NCBI GenBank assembly: GCA_037129695.1 | Contig: JBAXUL010000001.1 | Coordinates: 4,057 to 68,056, forward strand | Source of the DNA: Prolixibacteraceae bacterium | Lineage (GTDB): Bacteria; Bacteroidota; Bacteroidia; Bacteroidales; Prolixibacteraceae | Reading direction: 5' to 3' | Length of the DNA stretch: 64,000 nt | In this document: positions 59,036 to 64,000 of the stretch, piece by piece | Layout of the letters: each line of letters opens with the position of its first letter | Numbering within the stretch: position 1 is the stretch's first letter | Notes under the pieces: model-generated | Database searches by the model: none | What the model was told of the DNA's origin: nothing | Seen by the model: only the letters and a program-made list of their open reading frames with translations | Position numbers and translations under genes: made by a program

Positions 59036-61069
59036 ATGATACGAATGAAAAATTCTACCGGAATTGTCACCTTACTTGTGGTGCTTGCATTATTTTCCAA
59101 TTCTGTTGTTGCTCAACAAACTGGAAAACCCGAAGCGTCGAATTACCTGAACAACAGGGCCCCACTGATCTCCAAGCCTTTCATCGAACTTCCCCTTGGA
59201 GCGATTTCCCCGGAAGGTTGGTTGAAAGATCAGCTGATCAAGCAAAAGAATGGCATGACCGGTCACCTGGATGAAATCTACGAAAAGGTGATGGGGCCAC
59301 GGAACGGCTGGCTCGGTGGCGATGGCGATGCCTGGGAGCGGGGACCTTACTGGATCGACGGACTATTGCCGCTGGCCTATCTGCTGAAGGACCAGGAACT
59401 GATAGCGAAGACCAAACCGTGGGTCGAATGGGCACTGCAAAGCCAGCAGCCGGATGGCTATTTCGGTCCGGTGACGGACAGGCCTAACGAACCCGGACTT
59501 CAGCGTGGCAATGCCCACGACTGGTGGCCAAAAATGGTCGTCTTGAAATTTTTGCAGCAATATTATACTGCCACCCAGGATGAAAGAGTGATTAAGCTGA
59601 TGCGTAATTATTTCAAATATCAGTTGACTGAATTGCCAAAAATGCCCTTGAACCACTGGACCCATTGGGGGGAAGACCGTGGTGGCGACAACCTGGCGGT
59701 GGTGTATTGGCTTTACAACCTGACCGGTGACAAATCACTGCTCGAACTGGGTGAATTGATCCACAAGCAGACCGTCAACTGGACGGATGCCTTCCTGACC
59801 GGAAAACTGAGTCAGCCCTGGAGTTTCCATTGTGTCAATGTGGCCCAGGGGATGAAGGAGCCGGGAGTGTATTTTCAGCAGTCAAAGGATGCCAGGTATG
59901 TGGACGCCGTAAAGTCGGGACTCTCTGACTTAAAACAGTTTCATGGTTTTCCGGATGGATTGTACGGAGCCGATGAGATGCTTCATGGAAACAATCCGAC
60001 CCAGGGGTCCGAATTTTGCTCGGCTGTGGAGATGATGTTTTCGATGGAGTCGATTCTTCCGGTTACGGGGGAAGTCGCTTTTGCCGATCAACTTGAAAGG
60101 GTGGCCTTTAACGCTTTGCCGACCCAGGCGACAGATAACTACGACAGCCGGCAGTATTTTCAACAGGTCAACCAGGTGCTGGTTAGCCGGGAAGAGCGAA
60201 ATTTCAATACTGCCTACGAAGGAACAGGACAATTGTTCGGGCCACTTACAGGTTATCCATGCTGTACTTCCAATATGCACCAGGGTTGGCCGAAATTCAC
60301 CCAAAATCTTTGGTACGCCTCTGCTGACCAGGGAATTGCGGCACTTATTTATGCACCTTCAACGGTGAAGGCCAAAGTTGGGAATGGGAAAATTGTTGAA
60401 ATTGCCGAAACCACAGATTATCCTTTCGGTGAAACCATTCGGTTTACTCTTAAAATGGCACAAAAAATCAATTTTGCTTTCCATCTGAGAATCCCCTCCT
60501 GGTGCAAGAGTGGGAGTTTATCTGTAAACGGAATGAAATGGAATGAATCTGCAATATGTAATCTGACAACGGTTTCTCGTGAATGGTCTGATGGTGATGT
60601 AGTTGAACTGGTTTTGCCGATGGAGGTATCCGTGAGCCGCTGGTATGAAAATTCGGCCACAGTAGAACGTGGTCCGCTGGTCTTTGCCCTTAAAATTGGA
60701 GAATCTTGGAAGAAAGTCCAAAATACCGACAAGTACGGTGAATTCTTTTACGAAGTTTGGCCAACTACCCGCTGGAACTATGGCTTGCTGGCTTCCTCAG
60801 TAAAGAATCCAGGGAAAGACTTTGAGGTCGTCAAACGGTCTGTTCCAAAGGACAGTTATCCCTGGAATCCTGAAAATGCTCCGGTTGAAATCAAAACCAA
60901 GGGGGTATTGATCCCTTCATTGGCCTTGTACAACGGCTCCGCCGGACCATTGCCCTACAGCGAACAATACCAGCTGAAAACGGGTGCTCCCGAGGTAATA
61001 TCCTTGTTGCCATACGGTTGCACGACGCTGCGGATTACGGAGTTTCCGGTAGTAAACGTGGGGAAATGA
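59036..61069 (+). CDS. Glycoside hydrolase family 127-like protein (DUF1680, beta-L-arabinofuranosidase family)
   Basis: 677 aa. Signal peptide, (alpha/alpha)6-like N-terminal half, CCTSNMHQGWPKF (Cys-rich catalytic/zinc region typical of GH127), and a beta-sandwich C-terminus. Confidence 0.82.
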   Translation: MIRMKNSTGIVTLLVVLALFSNSVVAQQTGKPEASNYLNNRAPLISKPFIELPLGAISPEGWLKDQLIKQKNGMTGHLDEIYEKVMGPRNGWLGGDGDAWERGPYWIDGLLPLAYLLKDQELIAKTKPWVEWALQSQQPDGYFGPVTDRPNEPGLQRGNAHDWWPKMVVLKFLQQYYTATQDERVIKLMRNYFKYQLTELPKMPLNHWTHWGEDRGGDNLAVVYWLYNLTGDKSLLELGELIHKQTVNWTDAFLTGKLSQPWSFHCVNVAQGMKEPGVYFQQSKDARYVDAVKSGLSDLKQFHGFPDGLYGADEMLHGNNPTQGSEFCSAVEMMFSMESILPVTGEVAFADQLERVAFNALPTQATDNYDSRQYFQQVNQVLVSREERNFNTAYEGTGQLFGPLTGYPCCTSNMHQGWPKFTQNLWYASADQGIAALIYAPSTVKAKVGNGKIVEIAETTDYPFGETIRFTLKMAQKINFAFHLRIPSWCKSGSLSVNGMKWNESAICNLTTVSREWSDGDVVELVLPMEVSVSRWYENSATVERGPLVFALKIGESWKKVQNTDKYGEFFYEVWPTTRWNYGLLASSVKNPGKDFEVVKRSVPKDSYPWNPENAPVEIKTKGVLIPSLALYNGSAGPLPYSEQYQLKTGAPEVISLLPYGCTTLRITEFPVVNVGK

Positions 61070-61201
61070 TCATTTGCTAAGGAGCTGATTGGATGGTAGG
61101 ACATACCGGTTCATGCCTGATTTATTGAATGCGAAATTTAAGAAAAGGCATGATTCTGCGGTAAGAAAAAACAACAAAAGAAATAGCATCAGCCTTGAAA
61201 T

Positions 61202-61333
61202 TCAGTGAGATATCAGGTAAATGAAATCTCCAAAATGAATACCGAGCTGATAAATATAGTAGACAGAAGGAATAACAGCCACAATGGCAAGGGACTTTTT
61301 ATGCCTTTTGATCAAACCAAAGATTTCCTCCAT
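61202..61333 (-). CDS. Possible 43-aa single-TM mini-protein (MEEIFGLIKRHKKSLAIVAVIPSVYYIYQLGIHFGDFIYLISH)
   Basis: ATG...TGA ORF read by hand, below the track cutoff. Same strand as and downstream of the CPBP gene. Hydrophobic core preceded by a basic patch. No other support. Confidence 0.2.
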   Translation of the reverse strand: MEEIFGLIKRHKKSLAIVAVIPSVYYIYQLGIHFGDFIYLISH

Positions 61334-61465
61334 TATTATTTCAGTGTGTTAATTCGTAGATCAAACCTCCTATGGCTTTCCCGAGATTATAAATGGCTAA
61401 TATAAAGATGGTTAATAAATGAGGAAATGTGCAATTTTGCTAACGTGCTAATGTGGGAAAGTTGG

Positions 61466-62002
61466 CTACATCCTGAGCAGTACTATACCAATTGCGATCA
61501 TATTTCGAAGTGCATGAATGAAGACAACAGCGATATAGGCATCGCTCCAATTGTTTTTTCTCTCGTAAAGTATAAAGGCGGTTGATAATATTACTCCCAA
61601 AAAAACACCGAAGAAAATATAGGTAATATTATAGTTGTGAAATAATCCAAAAAGTACTGAAGATATTGCTATTTGAAATGTAATCTTATTTGTTAAAAAT
61701 CTATCGATCAAATAGATTAATCCTGCCTGAAATATTAATGTTTCAATAACCGGAGCAATGATGATGGATTCAATGAGTTTAAAAAAATGAATATCCCCTG
61801 ATGACGCTCTAGGTGGAAGAAAAAGGGCTGCGGGAATATAGAAAATAAAGATCAGATATGACATAAGTAATGATACACCTACAAATGGAGCAAATTGAAG
61901 ATTCCCCCACCAAATTAATTTCCGCTTAATTTCATTTCTGATTTTCATAATTTTAGAAATGTAAATGCTAGCCAAACAAGAATCTTCTTCAGTGGCTAGC
62001 AT
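61466..62002 (-). CDS. CPBP-family (CAAX protease / Abi, bacteriocin-self-immunity-type) intramembrane protein
   Basis: Multi-TM protein with motif 2 FGLFH and motif 3 HALRN. Motif 1 is degenerate (PVIETLIFQ instead of EExxxR). The ATG at 61948 (MKIRNEIKRK...) is probably the true start, because the hairpin at 61967-62000 occupies the longer N-terminus. Confidence 0.8.
   Translation of the reverse strand: MLATEEDSCLASIYISKIMKIRNEIKRKLIWWGNLQFAPFVGVSLLMSYLIFIFYIPAALFLPPRASSGDIHFFKLIESIIIAPVIETLIFQAGLIYLIDRFLTNKITFQIAISSVLFGLFHNYNITYIFFGVFLGVILSTAFILYERKNNWSDAYIAVVFIHALRNMIAIGIVLLRM
61967..62000 (-). promoter_or_regulatory. Intercistronic stem-loop between the peptide gene and the CPBP gene
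   Basis: GCTAGCCA (61967-61974) pairs with TGGCTAGC (61993-62000) in a perfect 8-bp stem. An inner AAGA/TCTT extension is possible. Confidence 0.5.
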
Positions 62003-62009
62003 TCATTTA

Positions 62010-62186
62010 TTAATAACCGTGGCCTGTCCAATTCGGTGGCATTTGCGATCTGTAATAACTAGTGTATGCAGCGGATTTACCAATCAGCCCTTCTCCTGTC
62101 ATGACATCATACACAAGGCAAACCAAATCCCACCATAGATTTCCACCTTCGACTTCTCTCAATTCCATTTCATTTAACTCTTTCAT
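62010..62186 (-). CDS. Double-glycine-leader peptide precursor (bacteriocin-like or signalling peptide), 58 aa
   Basis: Hand-translated: MKELNEMELREVEGG-NLWWDLVCLVYDVMTGEGLIGKSAAYTSYYRSQMPPNWTGHGY, then TAA TAA. The leader fits the LSxxELxxIxGG consensus at positions -15, -12, -8, -7, -4, -2 and -1. Absent from the ORF track because it is shorter than 60 aa. Confidence 0.65.
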   Translation of the reverse strand: MKELNEMELREVEGGNLWWDLVCLVYDVMTGEGLIGKSAAYTSYYRSQMPPNWTGHGY

Positions 62187-62190
62187 TACT

Positions 62191-62198
62191 CAAATTTA
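62191..62198 (-). promoter_or_regulatory. Candidate -7 box (TAAATTTG on the minus strand) immediately upstream of the peptide gene
   Basis: Exact TAnnTTTG match only 4 nt from the ATG at 62186. It would imply a leaderless or near-leaderless transcript, so confidence is low. Confidence 0.25.
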
Positions 62199-62260
62199 TT
62201 TAATTTTAATTTCATAGCCTTGCATTCTTTTCCGTGCTGCAGGTTTTGGCACGCGTAACG

Positions 62261-62596
62261 TTACAAGGTTAAAATTATCCTCGCAGGGTGCACAAAAAAA
62301 GCACGCTGCAAAAAAAGTGCACAATTACCTCCAAAAATTACCTTTGCGTTCTCTTTCGAGATGATTTTCAGTGAATAGCTCAGTTCAATTTCATGGCCAT
62401 TCGAATAGTAATAGGTGCCCCGCTGTCTGGAATAGTCAATTTTTACCCCTATGGTACGGAGTTCGTCCAAATGTTCAAATAGCCTTCTTCGGCTAATGTG
62501 CAGGTAACAGGCAAACTCTTCGGGCGTGCCTGTCTTTTCTGAGCTGATCAGTCGGTTGATCCGAGTGAGGCGTTCCAATTGTTCAAATGATTTCAT
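62261..62596 (-). CDS. Small helix-turn-helix regulator (HTH_11/DeoR-N-like)
   Basis: 111 aa. N-terminal winged-HTH-like segment (RINRLISSEKTGTPEEFACYLHISRRRLFEHLDELR). The C-terminal 37 aa are unusual (see findings). Confidence 0.62.
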   Translation of the reverse strand: MKSFEQLERLTRINRLISSEKTGTPEEFACYLHISRRRLFEHLDELRTIGVKIDYSRQRGTYYYSNGHEIELSYSLKIISKENAKVIFGGNCALFLQRAFFVHPARIILTL

Positions 62597-63023
62597 TGAT
62601 TTGGTATTTCCTTGTTAATCGTAACCAACGGGTTGTCCTGGAAAGCTCCTTTTATAAACTTTCACCCTCTGCAGTAAACGTGCAAATTGAGCGCGGCATG
62701 CGCAATCGGCTAATAATCTGAATATGGTAAAATGTTTATCCATTCGACAGTTGTCCATGGAATGAGATAGACTTTCGCAGGATTCTAAAATTTGAAAGTC
62801 CTTCTCGTAAATTTACGGCAAAAAAACACAAAAGAGAATTTTGAATGATTCAATTCACTGAAAATAGGATTGGGAATACTGATTGTAAGTATCAGGTTTG
62901 CAGGCGAGGATGACCAATTCGCACCAATTAGTTTTCATGTTGCATGATCAGGTGCAATTCCCTTCCATGTAATCCAATTCATGTCATTCGTGGATGAGAT
63001 AATCATAAATCTTGTGGACAGAT

Positions 63024-64000
63024 TTACTGTTTCCGGAACCTGCTTTCCCTGTATATTTTCAGGAAGAGTGCTTCGAAATTGTGAGAAGGAGACAAAGCCT
63101 GTGATAGCACCAGTTTCTGGTCGGGAGAGATCAGGTAAAAAGTTGGAACAGTTTTAAGGAGGTAATCCTTGCGAACTTTCTCCGGTTCAGCGGCAGCGTA
63201 CAATTCCCAGGGATATTTCTTTTCATTCCAGAATTTGGTGGCATCCCCGAAATTTTCGTCCAGCGAAATAGGGATGACAGTTAAAATCGTATTCAGTTTT
63301 TTCTCCATGCCAACCAGCGAGTCCAGTTCGGCCCTGCACTCTTTGCTTGCGCTTTTGAAAAAGGCCAGATAAAGGAATTTTCCGTTCGCACGAAGCGGTA
63401 ATTTCACATTTTGCCTGTTGATCAGTACAAGTCCGGGGGCAGGATTTCCTTCCTGAAGGAAGGTGATCTTTCTGACGATTCCCGGCAGGACTTCTTTCAA
63501 CGGTTCGAAAGTGACTTGAATGGTTGCCTCTTTCAGCCCTTTTGTCATGGCGTTTTTGTCAAATTTGCCGTCATGGAAGCCGTCGTAAAAACATTTACAG
63601 GCCAAAAGCTCCGCTGCCGGCAGATTATATCCGGCCGAAGTCAGTTGATGCACGAATCCGGCAAAATCGCCTTTCAATGCGGGTGCTATGAACTCTTTTT
63701 GATGAAAATCCTGCGATTTGCCAGTGAGATAATCCGAATAAATGGCCTTGAAGAGATGCTGGTAGGCAGGGTGGGAGAGCATCACATTCTTTCCTGCAAA
63801 ATACTTTTGTATGATCTGTTCTTTGGCAGGCTGAAAGATGATCAATTCAAGTTCCCCGTAACTGTAGGTTTTGAGCGCATTCAGATACGGATCTTTCCCG
63901 GCAGGATAGTTTTTTTCCAGTCTTGAAATGATGGCTTTAACAGAATCTGCTGATTTTTTCTGATAGAGATCGATGGTATGGGTTGCCAGTTCCCTGTTGT
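63024..64000 (-). CDS. Thioredoxin-fold (TlpA/AhpC-TSA-like) protein, 5'-truncated by the window edge
   Basis: C-terminal thioredoxin-like region (KFLYLAFFKSASKECRAELDSL...TVPTFYLISPDQK). The reading frame stays open upstream of the TTG at 63845 to position 64000, so the gene is partial. Confidence 0.7.
   Translation of the reverse strand, partial: NRELATHTIDLYQKKSADSVKAIISRLEKNYPAGKDPYLNALKTYSYGELELIIFQPAKEQIIQKYFAGKNVMLSHPAYQHLFKAIYSDYLTGKSQDFHQKEFIAPALKGDFAGFVHQLTSAGYNLPAAELLACKCFYDGFHDGKFDKNAMTKGLKEATIQVTFEPLKEVLPGIVRKITFLQEGNPAPGLVLINRQNVKLPLRANGKFLYLAFFKSASKECRAELDSLVGMEKKLNTILTVIPISLDENFGDATKFWNEKKYPWELYAAAEPEKVRKDYLLKTVPTFYLISPDQKLVLSQALSPSHNFEALFLKIYRESRFRKQ

Noticed and set aside
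61205-61405. 66-aa plus-strand ORF in the GH127/CPBP spacer
   Set aside because: It has no hydrophobic or motif structure and no promoter-like box. It overlaps the (also weak) minus-strand 43-aa candidate and is most likely a chance ORF in AT-rich DNA.
62597-63023. Searched the 427-nt gap upstream of the HTH gene for further small peptide genes or GG leaders
   Set aside because: Only ORFs of 44 codons or fewer were found (e.g. MKTNWCELVILACKPDTYNQYSQSYFQ at 62938 downward). None has a GG-leader or a TM pattern, so no call was made.

Overview
This 64-kb window reads as a chromosomal segment from a Bacteroidota bacterium, probably an anaerobe. The supporting signs are a short 286-aa primary sigma factor, TonB-dependent receptors with carboxypeptidase-regulatory-like N-termini, many Bacteroidota-typical DUF proteins, TAnnTTTG -7 promoter boxes with no Shine-Dalgarno sequences, an FprA-type flavodiiron protein, and a fused BcrAD/HgdC-type activase.

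I call about 54 protein-coding genes. Most are housekeeping:
- DNA and transcription: uvrB, rpoD, gyrB
- Cell envelope and division: htrA, ftsE, murB, mltG
- Central and biosynthetic metabolism: tpiA, folP, cdaA, asnB, pyrE, birA, prmA
- A phospholipid/quality-control string: rsfS-ftsH-cdsA-psd-pssA

I found no rRNA, tRNA, CRISPR array, transposase or integrase.

Two accessory regions stand out:
1. A co-directional 11-gene, roughly 12.7-kb locus at 34.8-47.5 kb. It combines an ECF sigma factor, an LTXXQ periplasmic protein, a zf-HC2 anti-sigma factor, a NapH/NosR-like polyferredoxin carrying a degenerate HMA-like C-terminal extension, a TonB-dependent receptor, a lamin-tail-like lipoprotein, a second outer-membrane barrel, and an ABC-2 transporter with a GldG-like accessory protein. 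Its substrate is unknown.
2. An AT-rich islet at 61.1-63.0 kb. It carries a 58-codon gene that falls below the ORF-track cutoff and encodes a textbook double-glycine-leader peptide. That gene is followed by a hairpin and a CPBP/Abi-type membrane protein, and preceded by a small HTH regulator.

A third recurring signal is a set of tandem heptanucleotide repeats in several intergenic regions, reminiscent of cyanobacterial STRR repeats. One set folds into a 28-bp hairpin between gyrB and the LOG gene.

All family assignments come from reading motifs by eye and from memory of these families. No database search was run. DUF numbers in particular are recollections and need HMM confirmation.
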